Below are positions 10,002 through 19,533 of a stretch of DNA of 64,000 nt, piece after piece. The position numbers and the translations under genes were made by a program. The stretch lies in assembly GCA_019638475.1 (NCBI GenBank), contig JAHBTR010000006.1, positions 59,391 through 123,390 on the forward strand, in the 5' to 3' direction. Each line of letters starts with the position of its first letter. Position 1 is the stretch's first letter. The stretch is from Chitinophagaceae bacterium (GTDB taxonomy: Bacteria > Bacteroidota > Bacteroidia > Chitinophagales > Chitinophagaceae). Under the pieces are notes generated by a model that saw only the letters and a program-made list of their open reading frames with translations, was not told the DNA's origin and made no database searches.

Positions 10002-10592
10002 TTATTTGCTTTCATTCCATGTTTTATAAAAAGTATTTTGTGATAAATCATTTTCAGGTACTTCTCTCAAAGGTTCTACAGCTTTCCATGTAGCAAACAT
10101 TTCTTGTGGTAATTGTTGATAGAGTTTTGTTCCTTCGGTTTTCCAAGCAATCATTTTATCACTTACTTCTTTTATTTTTTTGGCAGGATTTCCTACAATC
10201 AAACTTCTATTGTCAAACTGCTCATCTGCTTTTATAAAACTCAATGCTCCTACAATACATTCATCTCCTAACACAACATTATCCATCAATACAGCATTCA
10301 TGCCTATTAAACAATTTTTGCCAATAGTAGCACCATGTATAATAGCACCATGACCTATATGTGCTGCTTCTTTTAATAAAACAGTAGTGCCAGGAAACAT
10401 GTGTATAGTACAGTTTTCCTGCACATTACAACCATCTTCAATAATAATTTTTCCCCAATCTCCACGAATGGCAGCACTTGGTCCTATATACACATTTTTG
10501 CCTATAATAACATTGCCTGTAACAGATGCTAATGGATGCACAAAAGCACTTTCATGTACTACAGGAATAAAATGGTTAAATTGATAAATCAT
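10002..10592 (-). CDS. Hexapeptide-repeat protein of the gamma-carbonic anhydrase / PaaY-CaiE family
   Basis: 196 aa. Hexapeptide repeats and histidines in the gamma-CA arrangement (IHMF..HIGHGAIIHG). Confidence 0.75.
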   Translation of the reverse strand: MIYQFNHFIPVVHESAFVHPLASVTGNVIIGKNVYIGPSAAIRGDWGKIIIEDGCNVQENCTIHMFPGTTVLLKEAAHIGHGAIIHGATIGKNCLIGMNAVLMDNVVLGDECIVGALSFIKADEQFDNRSLIVGNPAKKIKEVSDKMIAWKTEGTKLYQQLPQEMFATWKAVEPLREVPENDLSQNTFYKTWNESK

Positions 10593-10678
10593 GCTGTAAA
10601 GTTATAAAAACCATAAAAGATATGGAATAATCATGTTTTTTGATTTTTTATCTAATGTAATTAAACGAAATTTGCTTT

Positions 10679-12100
10679 GTGAAAAAAAGAAGACAACCCA
10701 TTATTATACCAAATGTTTTGGTACAAGATTATGCAGCAGAAGGCAAATCTTTAGCAAGAATAGATGGTAAAGTAATTTTTATAGAAAGAACAGTTCCTGG
10801 AGATGTAGTAGATATTCAATTATATAAAAATAAAAAAGATTGGGCAGAAGGATTTCCTATAAAATTTTCAAAACTATCTGAAGAAAGGATTGAGCCTTTT
10901 TGTGAACACTTTGAAATATGTGGAGGTTGTCAATGGCAAATGCTGCCTTATGATAAACAACTAATTTTTAAACAAAAACAAGTTGCCGATAATCTTTTAA
11001 GAATTGGTAAAATAGATTTGCCAGAAATATTGCCCATTATTGGTGCAGATGAAACACGTTTTTATAGAAATAAATTAGAATACACTTTTGCTAATAAACG
11101 CTTTATTCCTGATGATGAATTTATACAATTAAAACAACAAAATTTACCCATAACCAATGAAGGAAGTTTTGGAGGCTTTCATGCAAAAGGTGTTTTTGAT
11201 AAAGTAGTTTCTATAAATAAATGTCATTTGCAATCAGAGCCAACCAATGAAATAAGAAATGCTATTACAACATTTTGTATAGACAATAAATATTCTTTTT
11301 ATGATATAAAAAATCATACAGGATGGCTAAGAAATATGATGGTTAGAATAGCTACCACAGGAGAATGGATGGTAAATATTATGCTTGGATTTGAAGATGA
11401 AAAAATGCAACAACATTTGTTTGATTTTATATTACAAAAATTTCCATCAATTACTTCTTTGCTTTATACTATCAATACAAAAGTGAATGATAGCATTTAT
11501 GATTTAACACCAGTAGCTTATTATGGTAAAGGATATATAGAAGAAAAGTTGGAAGATTATAATTTTATCATCAGTCCAAAATCTTTTTTTCAAACAAATA
11601 CCAAACAAGGAGAAAAGCTGTATAGTATAACAAGAGATTTTGCAGAACTTACAAGCAATGAAATAGTATATGATTTATATTGTGGCACAGGAAGCATTGG
11701 TATTTTTGTAAGCAAACTTGCCCAAAAAATAATAGGTGTAGAAACAGTATCAGAAGCGATAGAAGATGCTAAAAAAAATGCAATACTTAATAATATTCAT
11801 CACACACATTTTTTTGCAGGCGATGTAATAAAAATTTGTAATGATGATTTTTTTGCTACTCATGGCAAGCCAAATGTTATTATAACTGACCCACCAAGAG
11901 CAGGTATGCACGAAAAATTAGTACATAAATTATTAGATATTGCAGCCCCTATTATAGTATATGTAAGCTGCAACCCTGCTACACAAGCAAGAGATTTGGC
12001 ATTGTTAAATGAAAAATATAGGGTAACAAAAATTCAACCTGTAGATATGTTTCCTCATACACATCATATAGAAAATGTAGTACAGTTGAAACTTAGATAA
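10679..12100 (+). CDS. rlmD: 23S rRNA (uracil-C5)-methyltransferase RlmD/RumA family
   Basis: 473 aa. TRAM domain, Fe-S cysteines (CEHFEICGGCQWQ), SAM motif DLYCGTGSIG, catalytic SCNP. Confidence 0.85.
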   Translation: MKKRRQPIIIPNVLVQDYAAEGKSLARIDGKVIFIERTVPGDVVDIQLYKNKKDWAEGFPIKFSKLSEERIEPFCEHFEICGGCQWQMLPYDKQLIFKQKQVADNLLRIGKIDLPEILPIIGADETRFYRNKLEYTFANKRFIPDDEFIQLKQQNLPITNEGSFGGFHAKGVFDKVVSINKCHLQSEPTNEIRNAITTFCIDNKYSFYDIKNHTGWLRNMMVRIATTGEWMVNIMLGFEDEKMQQHLFDFILQKFPSITSLLYTINTKVNDSIYDLTPVAYYGKGYIEEKLEDYNFIISPKSFFQTNTKQGEKLYSITRDFAELTSNEIVYDLYCGTGSIGIFVSKLAQKIIGVETVSEAIEDAKKNAILNNIHHTHFFAGDVIKICNDDFFATHGKPNVIITDPPRAGMHEKLVHKLLDIAAPIIVYVSCNPATQARDLALLNEKYRVTKIQPVDMFPHTHHIENVVQLKLR

Positions 12101-12128
12101 TACATTTGTAATACTTTAATAAACAATA

Positions 12129-12827
12129 ATGAGAGAATTTAGACCAACAAGATTTGAAATTTTGCCAGTAGTAGTTAAAAACTTATTAATCATTAATGGT
12201 ATAATTTTCTTTGCTCAAATAACTTTTGGCGATAAGTTTAATATTACAGACACATTTGCTTTACATACATGGCAAAGCCCTCTATTTAAACCTTGGCAGT
12301 TTGTAACACACATGTTTATGCATGGCAATTTTGGGCACTTAATCAGTAATATGTTTGCCTTGTGGATGTTTGGTTCTATTTTAGAAAATGTTTGGGGACC
12401 TAAAAGATTTTTGACCTTTTATATGATATGTGGCTTAGGTGCAGCATTATGCCACATGATAGTTTTATATTATGATATGCAACCAGTTGTAGAAGCATTT
12501 AAAATGCTTCCTTTTGATGAGCAAAAAATATATCTATATAGCGACAGATTTAGATTAAATGAAGCTACACTTGGTGCAAGTGGTGCAGTATTTGGCTGTT
12601 TAGCTGCTTTTGGTTATTTATTTCCTAATACACGTATTTATATTTACTTTCTGTTTCCTTTAAAAGCTAAATGGTTTGTATTAATATATGCAGGATTAGA
12701 GTTAATGCAAGCTGTTCAAAATTCTGCTGGAGATAATGTAGCACATGTAGCACATCTTGGTGGTGCTTTGGTGGGTGTTATATTAGTATATTATTGGAAT
12801 AAGAATAATAAAAAAACTTTCTTTTAA
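12129..12827 (+). CDS. Rhomboid family intramembrane serine protease
   Basis: 232 aa. HMFMHGNFGHLISN, GASGAVFG catalytic serine motif, and AHLGGALVG histidine motif. Confidence 0.85.
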   Translation: MREFRPTRFEILPVVVKNLLIINGIIFFAQITFGDKFNITDTFALHTWQSPLFKPWQFVTHMFMHGNFGHLISNMFALWMFGSILENVWGPKRFLTFYMICGLGAALCHMIVLYYDMQPVVEAFKMLPFDEQKIYLYSDRFRLNEATLGASGAVFGCLAAFGYLFPNTRIYIYFLFPLKAKWFVLIYAGLELMQAVQNSAGDNVAHVAHLGGALVGVILVYYWNKNNKKTFF

Positions 12828-13744
12828 TGAGTACGAAAGAACTTCATAAAAAATCAAAACATCCTTTATTGGGTGCTTCAGATAATAATCTTGTAATTAT
12901 TGTATTTCTCAATGCAGTAATATTTATAGTGTTAAGTTTTTTAAGATTAGTTTATGCAGTAACTATTGATTCTGCTGGTATGGCAGAGTCAAATTTTAAT
13001 CACCAAATTTTACATTGGTTTGTTTTACATGCTTCATTAGATATTTTATGGACAAAGCCTTGGACTATTTTATTATACATGTTTACTCACTACAATATTT
13101 GGTCTTTAATAACTACTTTATTATGGCTATGGGGTTTTGGTTATATTTTACAAGATTTGGCAGGCAATAGAAAAATGTTTCCTATATATTTTTATGGAGG
13201 TATTGCTGGTGCAATTACATTTTTAATAGTTACCAATATTTCAGCTCATCAGCCTGATGCCAATTTTTATATATCAGGTGGTGGAGCATCTGTAATGGCT
13301 GTAGCAGTAGCTACTACAACCCTTGCCCCTAATTATAAAATATTTCCATTTCTAAATGGTGGTATTCCTTTATGGATTTTAATGGCTATTTATGCAGCAC
13401 TACAATTTAGTGTAATGACAGCAGGTGGTGGCTCTGTTGCTTTTACATTGTTAGCAGGTGCATTGGTTGGTTTTATCTTTATACATCAATTAAATAGAGG
13501 AAGAGATTTAGGAAATTGGATGTACAAACTTGTTGATTGGATGAATGATTTATTTAACCCAGAAAAAAAATATACACAACAAACATATTTTTATAAAACA
13601 GATAAAGAACCTTTTAAAAAAACACCCAACCTTACCCAAGATAGAATAGATACTATTTTAGATAAAATAAATAAAAATGGCTACGAAAATCTTACTGCTG
13701 AAGAAAAAGATTTTTTGAATAAAGCAAGTAAAGAAGATTTATAA
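12827..13744 (+). CDS. Rhomboid-like membrane protein (divergent paralogue)
   Basis: 305 aa and multi-TM. A GGGASVMAV serine motif is present. The start overlaps the upstream stop (TAATG). Confidence 0.65.
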   Translation: MSTKELHKKSKHPLLGASDNNLVIIVFLNAVIFIVLSFLRLVYAVTIDSAGMAESNFNHQILHWFVLHASLDILWTKPWTILLYMFTHYNIWSLITTLLWLWGFGYILQDLAGNRKMFPIYFYGGIAGAITFLIVTNISAHQPDANFYISGGGASVMAVAVATTTLAPNYKIFPFLNGGIPLWILMAIYAALQFSVMTAGGGSVAFTLLAGALVGFIFIHQLNRGRDLGNWMYKLVDWMNDLFNPEKKYTQQTYFYKTDKEPFKKTPNLTQDRIDTILDKINKNGYENLTAEEKDFLNKASKEDL

Positions 13745-13747
13745 AGA

Positions 13748-14881
13748 ATGGCGGTACATTTTAAAACAATTATTAGCAAACTTTTTTTTATTGCAGGTTG
13801 TATATACAGTGCTATATACTTGCTTAGTTGCTGCACACCTTATATAAGCCCAGAGCATTTAAGTGCACTTACTTTTCTTGCATTAGGATTTCCTTTTTTA
13901 TTTGCTGGTATGTTGGTATGGCTTTTATTGGTATTGTTGTTTTATAGAAAAAGTATTTTAATCTTTATTTTAATTATACTATTGGGTAGCGAAAATATTT
14001 TTAGCGTTTTTGCAATTAATATTCCAAAAGAATTTGTTCAAGAAAAAAAAGAAAATTCACTTCGTGTTTTATCGTGGAATGTTCAAGAATTTGTTGATAG
14101 CCAAATAGCCAATGACACACCAAGAAGCATTAGAAGAACCATTATGGCATTTATTCAACAAGCAGATGCAGATATTGTATGTATTCAAGATTTTCAAGAA
14201 CATACTTCTAAAGATTTTTTTTCTTGCCTGAATGATATAACCAACAAATCAAATTATCCTTATCATTATTTTAGTATAGACCATGAGTTAAGTTTATACT
14301 ATGCTTTTATACAATATGGAACAGTTATTTTTTCTCGTTATCCAATTATAGATTCTGGCAGAATGGCTTATCCTGTACAAGATGTAGTAGAATCTTTAGC
14401 ATTTGCAGATATTCTAAAAGGAAAAGATACAATTCGTATTTTCAATACTCATTTAAAATCTATGTACATCAAAGCAAATACAGAAGACAGTACTTTGAAT
14501 GTAGATTTTATAGGAAAAGATATAGCATTTCTTAAAAAAAATACAAGTAAATACAGCCGTTTACAACATTATGATACAATACATATAGCACAAGCAAAAT
14601 TTGTAAAAGAACAATTAAATAAAAGTAAATATCCTTTTATTTTTTGTGCAGATTTGAATAGTGTGCCATCAAGTTATGTATATCATACTGTACAAGAAGG
14701 TTTAAAAGATGTATTTACTACAAAAAGTTTTGGATTAGGTGCTACTTATTATGACATTTCTCCTACTCTAAGAATTGATGTAATATTAACTTCTCAACAT
14801 TTTAAGCCTCTTCAATATTATTCACCTGCAATAAAAGCATCAGACCACTATCCTGTTGTTGCTGATATACAATTGAAGTAA
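13748..14881 (+). CDS. Endonuclease/exonuclease/phosphatase (EEP) family membrane-anchored protein
   Basis: 377 aa. N-terminal TM segments, then LRVLSWNVQEF and C-terminal SDHYPVVADI, both typical of the EEP fold. Confidence 0.8.
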   Translation: MAVHFKTIISKLFFIAGCIYSAIYLLSCCTPYISPEHLSALTFLALGFPFLFAGMLVWLLLVLLFYRKSILIFILIILLGSENIFSVFAINIPKEFVQEKKENSLRVLSWNVQEFVDSQIANDTPRSIRRTIMAFIQQADADIVCIQDFQEHTSKDFFSCLNDITNKSNYPYHYFSIDHELSLYYAFIQYGTVIFSRYPIIDSGRMAYPVQDVVESLAFADILKGKDTIRIFNTHLKSMYIKANTEDSTLNVDFIGKDIAFLKKNTSKYSRLQHYDTIHIAQAKFVKEQLNKSKYPFIFCADLNSVPSSYVYHTVQEGLKDVFTTKSFGLGATYYDISPTLRIDVILTSQHFKPLQYYSPAIKASDHYPVVADIQLK

Positions 14882-14889
14882 AAAATTTT

Positions 14890-15867
14890 CTACAACTGAT
14901 ATTTTTTTGTCAATTCTTTACAAATTCTATTCACAGTATCTACCGAAGCTGTGTATTGAAATTGTGGTAAAAATTCTTTTAATTTATTGTTGTCAAAAGA
15001 TGCTTTTGTTTGTGCTGTTTTAGCAGTTTCTTTAGTAAGTAAAGGAGCAATGCCTGTAAACTTTCCTTTAATAGCTTCCCATCGCCACACTATTGATGCT
15101 AAAAATGGAGTTACTTTTTTATGAGGTGGTTTTTTATGAAAAGCATTAGCAATTAAAGTAAAAATATTTTTGTAAGAAATAGTTTCTGCACTAAGTATAA
15201 AACGTTCTGCACTAATATTACTGTTCATTAATAATATCATTGCTTTGGCTACATCTTGTGCATCTACAAAACCTGTTGTGCCTTCTGTAAACCAAGGAAA
15301 TTCATTATAAGCAGTTTTAAATATTTCGGTAGAGCCTTTATGCCAATCTCCTGCACCTAATATAATAACAGGGTTTACAATTACAGCATTTAAACCTTCT
15401 CCTATACCACGCCATACTTCCATTTCTGCTAAGTATTTGCTTTTGCCATATTCACTATTACTGGTTTCTTCTGTCCAATTCATGGTTTCATCAATTGGTT
15501 TATCTTCTCTTATTCTTCCTAAAGCAGCAACAGAACTTACAAAAACTAATTTATCAATATTGTTTTGCAAACAAGCATTTACTACATTGGCTGTGCCTTG
15601 AATATTGGTATGATGAATTTGTTTTTTTTGAGATGGATTAAAAGAAACAATAGCAGCACAATGATATACTTGTGTAATATTTTGCATGGCTTCTTCTAAT
15701 GTTACTACATCTAATATATCTGCTTTAAACCATTCTACAGCCTCTCCAAACTCTTCTAAAGAAGGAGGAGAATTATGATACAATGCTCTTACTTGTTTCT
15801 TTTGAGCAACTAATTGTTGTATTAAATGAGAGCCTACTAAACCAGATGCTCCTGTAACTAATATCAT
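14890..15867 (-). CDS. NAD-dependent epimerase/dehydratase (extended SDR)
   Basis: 325 aa. Rossmann motif VTGASGLVGSHL and catalytic YGKSK (YxxxK). Confidence 0.85.
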   Translation of the reverse strand: MILVTGASGLVGSHLIQQLVAQKKQVRALYHNSPPSLEEFGEAVEWFKADILDVVTLEEAMQNITQVYHCAAIVSFNPSQKKQIHHTNIQGTANVVNACLQNNIDKLVFVSSVAALGRIREDKPIDETMNWTEETSNSEYGKSKYLAEMEVWRGIGEGLNAVIVNPVIILGAGDWHKGSTEIFKTAYNEFPWFTEGTTGFVDAQDVAKAMILLMNSNISAERFILSAETISYKNIFTLIANAFHKKPPHKKVTPFLASIVWRWEAIKGKFTGIAPLLTKETAKTAQTKASFDNNKLKEFLPQFQYTASVDTVNRICKELTKKYQL

Positions 15868-15939
15868 TGTATCTAAAATTAAATTATACGAATTTGATTT
15901 CTACAATAGACTCTACTCTTTTTCGGTATTACAGCAAAC

Positions 15940-16350
15940 TTAATGGCATTTATGGCAAATTCCACTTACAATTATATCTGTTCTGTTTTCTGTAAATCCT
16001 TCAGGCAAATGAATAGATGAATAAGGTACATGGTCTAAACAATAAGTAGTATTACAGCTATCACAAATAAAGTGTATGTGATTATCTCTGTGATGTCCTT
16101 GAGAACATTCTTCTTTGCACAAAGCATATAAAATAGAGTTATCAGCAGTAGGTATTGTATGAATAATTCCTTTGGTTTCAAATGTTTGCAATGTTCTGTA
16201 AATAGTTACACGGTCAAAATTTTCACTACTATTCTTTTCTATATCAGCATGAGCCAATGCACCATCTGCATGATGAAACATTTCTAATATTTTTTTTCTG
16301 CTGTCTGTTACACTTAAATTATTACGCTTCAAAATATCTAAAATATCCAT
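15940..16350 (-). CDS. Fur family transcriptional regulator
   Basis: 136 aa. Winged-helix N-terminus, HHRDNHIHFICDSC...CHKC metal-site motifs. The start overlaps the SCO gene stop by 1 nt. Confidence 0.85.
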   Translation of the reverse strand: MDILDILKRNNLSVTDSRKKILEMFHHADGALAHADIEKNSSENFDRVTIYRTLQTFETKGIIHTIPTADNSILYALCKEECSQGHHRDNHIHFICDSCNTTYCLDHVPYSSIHLPEGFTENRTDIIVSGICHKCH

Positions 16351-16973
16351 TACTTAACTTTTTCTTTTAATAATAATTTGATGTCTTTTTTTAGTTTAGT
16401 TATTTCTTCATTTTTCAATCCATCATATACCTGACCTCTAACAGAACCACTTTTATCTACCAATGCAAAAAATTGTGAGTGCATAAAATCATCATTAATA
16501 TCTCTTACCATATTATTAGGGTCATCAATTCCATAACTTACTCTTGCCATATTATACAAACTATCTTTCCTTCCTGTTAAGAAAACCCATTTTTGTGTAT
16601 CTACTCCTAAAGAATCTGCATAACGTTTTAGTTTACCTACAGAATCCCTTTTAGGGTCGCAAGTGTGCGATACAATTAAAAAATCTGGTTCATCTTTAAA
16701 TGCTTCATACACTTTTTTCATATTATTATTCATTGCAGGGCAAATGTTTGGGCAAGTGGTAAAAAAATATTCTACTACACAAACCTTTCCTTGCATATTA
16801 GCATTGGTAAAAATGCTACCATCTTCTTTATAAAAAGAAAATTCATGCACATAAGAACGTTCTTTTAATTTTTTCTGATGAAAAGTATCTGTAAAAAAAT
16901 ATACAGCTACCCAAAAAATTAAAACGAATACCACAAATGATGCAGCATAAATAAAAAACTTTTTCTTGTTCAT
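16350..16973 (-). CDS. SCO1/SenC family thioredoxin-fold copper chaperone
   Basis: TM anchor plus CPNICP (CxxxC) and a conserved downstream His. The ORF-track start was trimmed to MNKKKFF. Confidence 0.8.
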   Translation of the reverse strand: MNKKKFFIYAASFVVFVLIFWVAVYFFTDTFHQKKLKERSYVHEFSFYKEDGSIFTNANMQGKVCVVEYFFTTCPNICPAMNNNMKKVYEAFKDEPDFLIVSHTCDPKRDSVGKLKRYADSLGVDTQKWVFLTGRKDSLYNMARVSYGIDDPNNMVRDINDDFMHSQFFALVDKSGSVRGQVYDGLKNEEITKLKKDIKLLLKEKVK

Positions 16974-17048
16974 AATATGGCAAATGTACATCAACCTACA
17001 TAGTTAAATATTCTTTTAAGATAATTTTTGCAACATAATTGCATTTAT

Positions 17049-17056
17049 TATCTTTG
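17049..17056 (+). promoter_or_regulatory. Candidate -7 promoter box for the MerC-like gene
   Basis: TAtcTTTG lies 8 nt before the ATG at 17065, which implies a near-leaderless mRNA. Confidence 0.4.
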
Positions 17057-17064
17057 TGCCCTTT

Positions 17065-17457
17065 ATGAATATCAAAATAAATTGGGACGCTTTAGGAATT
17101 ACTACATCAGTAGCATGTGCTATACACTGTGCTGTACTGCCTTTAATAATGACAAGTTTTCCTTTATTTGGTATTAATATTATAGAAAATGATTGGTTTG
17201 AGTATAGCATGATTTTGTTGGCATTTTTTATTGGTTCTTATTCATTGTATCATGGTTATAAAAAACACCATCATAGTTTTTTGCCAATGATTATTTTTAC
17301 TTTCGGAATTATATTTTTGTTTGTAAAACAAATTTGGCACAACTTACATATATGGTTTTTAGTACCAGCAGTTGTACTTATTATTACAGCTCATGTTATT
17401 AATTTTCGTTTTTGTAGAGTTCACAATCATGCACACAAAGATGATTGTAACCACTAG
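17065..17457 (+). CDS. MerC-domain membrane protein
   Basis: Four TM segments. The first carries the AIHCAVLP cysteine motif typical of the MerC family. His-rich C-terminus (HNHAHKDDCNH). Confidence 0.65.
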   Translation: MNIKINWDALGITTSVACAIHCAVLPLIMTSFPLFGINIIENDWFEYSMILLAFFIGSYSLYHGYKKHHHSFLPMIIFTFGIIFLFVKQIWHNLHIWFLVPAVVLIITAHVINFRFCRVHNHAHKDDCNH

Positions 17458-17477
17458 CATTTAAACTTTGATTTGTT

Positions 17478-18644
17478 ATGATGTATGTATTAAAAGAAAA
17501 TCCAGTTATTTTTTTGATAATTGTTTTAGCTTGGTTACCTGCTATTGTTATTACTCTTTTACATTTATTTAAAAGAAAAGATTTATCTATATCCAATAAA
17601 ATTGTTTGGGTAGTAATAGGATTAATACCTGTTGCTGGTTTATTGTTATACGGAATATTAAATTATAAAAATAAAAAAGCCATTGTTTGGCTTACAATTA
17701 TAGCAACTGCCATTACTATTTTTACTATTTGGTATTTTATTTTTTATCAACCTATTGTTTCAAGAAGAGATGTAAATAAAGAAAAAGGTATTGGCATTAC
17801 AGCAGCAACTTTAATAAAAGAATTTCAAACAAATGAAACAGAAGCCAATAATAAATACACCAATAAAGTGGTAGAAATAAATGGTATTGTAGAAAAAGCA
17901 GAAAATGATGAGACAGAAACTGTTGTTTATTTACACACAGGTATTGAAGGAACATCTGTTTCTGGAAGATTAAAAAATAAACAATCTGTTACAACAAACT
18001 CTGCTATAACCATAAAGGGAATATTAACAGGTTATATTTTAGGGCAAATACAACTAAACGAAGCTGTAATAACGCAAGGAGCTAATGAAATAACTACAGA
18101 GCAAAAAGGTACAACTACCATTGTTGCACCAACAGTTATTAAAAAAAATACTGTTGTAATAACAGAAATCAAAGATAAAATTTATAAAAGCACCAAAGGG
18201 CAAATAAAATTTTTATCTGTAACACCAGCAGAAGAAATTGAAGCTGTCAATACACAGGTTATTAGTAGTATTACAGAAAATGGTAAAGTGCAATTTGCTG
18301 CATTGATTAAAGGTTTTCGTTTTGACAATGAATTGATGCAAAAAACCTTTAATAGCGATAAATATATGCACAGCGATAAATTTACTAAAAGTGAATTTGT
18401 TGGAAATATTATCAATATAAATACTGTCAATTTTTCTGCAAACAATTCTTACCCAGTAACTGCTGAAGGAAACCTTACACTACATGGCATAACAAAAAAA
18501 ATGAAAGCTGAAGGAACATTACAAATAAAAGATGGAATAATAACCCTTATTAGCACCTTTAAAATAAAAATAAAAGAATATGGTGTAGATGATAGTGATG
18601 TTGCAGAACAAATAGAAATTTCTGTACAGTGTAGTTATCAGTAA
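17478..18644 (+). CDS. Multi-domain membrane protein: PLD-nuclease-N-like TM module + OB-fold (tRNA_anti-like) + YceI-like domain
   Basis: 388 aa. N-terminal small TM module (WVVIGLIPVAGLLLYG), a central OB-like segment (ANNKYTNKVVEINGIVEK), and C-terminal YceI-like beta-barrel motifs (LTLHGITKKM...). Confidence 0.6.
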   Translation: MMYVLKENPVIFLIIVLAWLPAIVITLLHLFKRKDLSISNKIVWVVIGLIPVAGLLLYGILNYKNKKAIVWLTIIATAITIFTIWYFIFYQPIVSRRDVNKEKGIGITAATLIKEFQTNETEANNKYTNKVVEINGIVEKAENDETETVVYLHTGIEGTSVSGRLKNKQSVTTNSAITIKGILTGYILGQIQLNEAVITQGANEITTEQKGTTTIVAPTVIKKNTVVITEIKDKIYKSTKGQIKFLSVTPAEEIEAVNTQVISSITENGKVQFAALIKGFRFDNELMQKTFNSDKYMHSDKFTKSEFVGNIININTVNFSANNSYPVTAEGNLTLHGITKKMKAEGTLQIKDGIITLISTFKIKIKEYGVDDSDVAEQIEISVQCSYQ

Positions 18645-18859
18645 GGTAGAAAAATCAGCATAAGGTAGTGTGTGTCAAGCTAATACAAAACACCACATTT
18701 AATTTTGCCCTAACGCATTCAATGTCAATCTTTCTACTGAGTGAAGTTTAATGTATCGTCCTAAAAAAGTTGCCTATGATGTATCAATTTATCCTAACAA
18801 TTTTTTAATCTTTCTTACTCAAAGTATATAGTTATTTTTGTAGTATAAAATATAAAACT

Positions 18860-19528
18860 ATGCGTTGGTTATTATTACTTTTTCTTACTTGTTGTATGTC
18901 TATTTCTTCAAATGCACAGTGTGCTACTTATAAATTAACTTCAAGTGGCGATACTTTGAACTGTACAGATGTTGGTGGTAATAAAAGAGGCAAATGGAAA
19001 ATTCATGTTGACCCATTAAGAGGTAACCCAGGGTATGAAGAAGAAGGTGTATTTGTAGATAATAGAAAAGAGGGTGTGTGGCGTAGATATAATTTAATGG
19101 GAGATTTGGTAGCAATACAAAATTATAAATGGGGTAATCTTGATGGCATTTCTCAATACTTTACAGTAGCTGGGCTTGAAAGAGAAGAAAGTTGGAGAGC
19201 AATGAACCCTTTAAATCCTTATGATACTTTTTTGGTAGAAGATATAAATGATGAAAATAAATACACAGAAGTTATTTTACCTAATGATGGTAAAAGCCTG
19301 AAACATGGTAGATGGACATGGTACAGACCAGGTAGTACAGGTATTATAAAAACAGAAATGTGGTCGTTGAATAAGTTAGTTGTACCAAAAGAAAAGGAAG
19401 ATGAAAAAAAAGATGCGGCAAAAAATAAAGATTCTATAAAGGTTGTAAAACCTAAAGAAGTGCAACAATACGAGAAGAAAAATAGTAATAAAAAAGCTGT
19501 TAAGGTTAGAGATGGACGAACAGGATAA
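18860..19528 (+). CDS. Secreted MORN/YwqK-like repeat protein with Lys-rich tail
   Basis: 222 aa. Signal peptide, G-x-W-type repeats (GKWKIH, EGVWRRY, GRWTWY). TAttTTTG box at 18833-18840. Confidence 0.55.
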   Translation: MRWLLLLFLTCCMSISSNAQCATYKLTSSGDTLNCTDVGGNKRGKWKIHVDPLRGNPGYEEEGVFVDNRKEGVWRRYNLMGDLVAIQNYKWGNLDGISQYFTVAGLEREESWRAMNPLNPYDTFLVEDINDENKYTEVILPNDGKSLKHGRWTWYRPGSTGIIKTEMWSLNKLVVPKEKEDEKKDAAKNKDSIKVVKPKEVQQYEKKNSNKKAVKVRDGRTG

Positions 19529-19533
19529 TCTTA

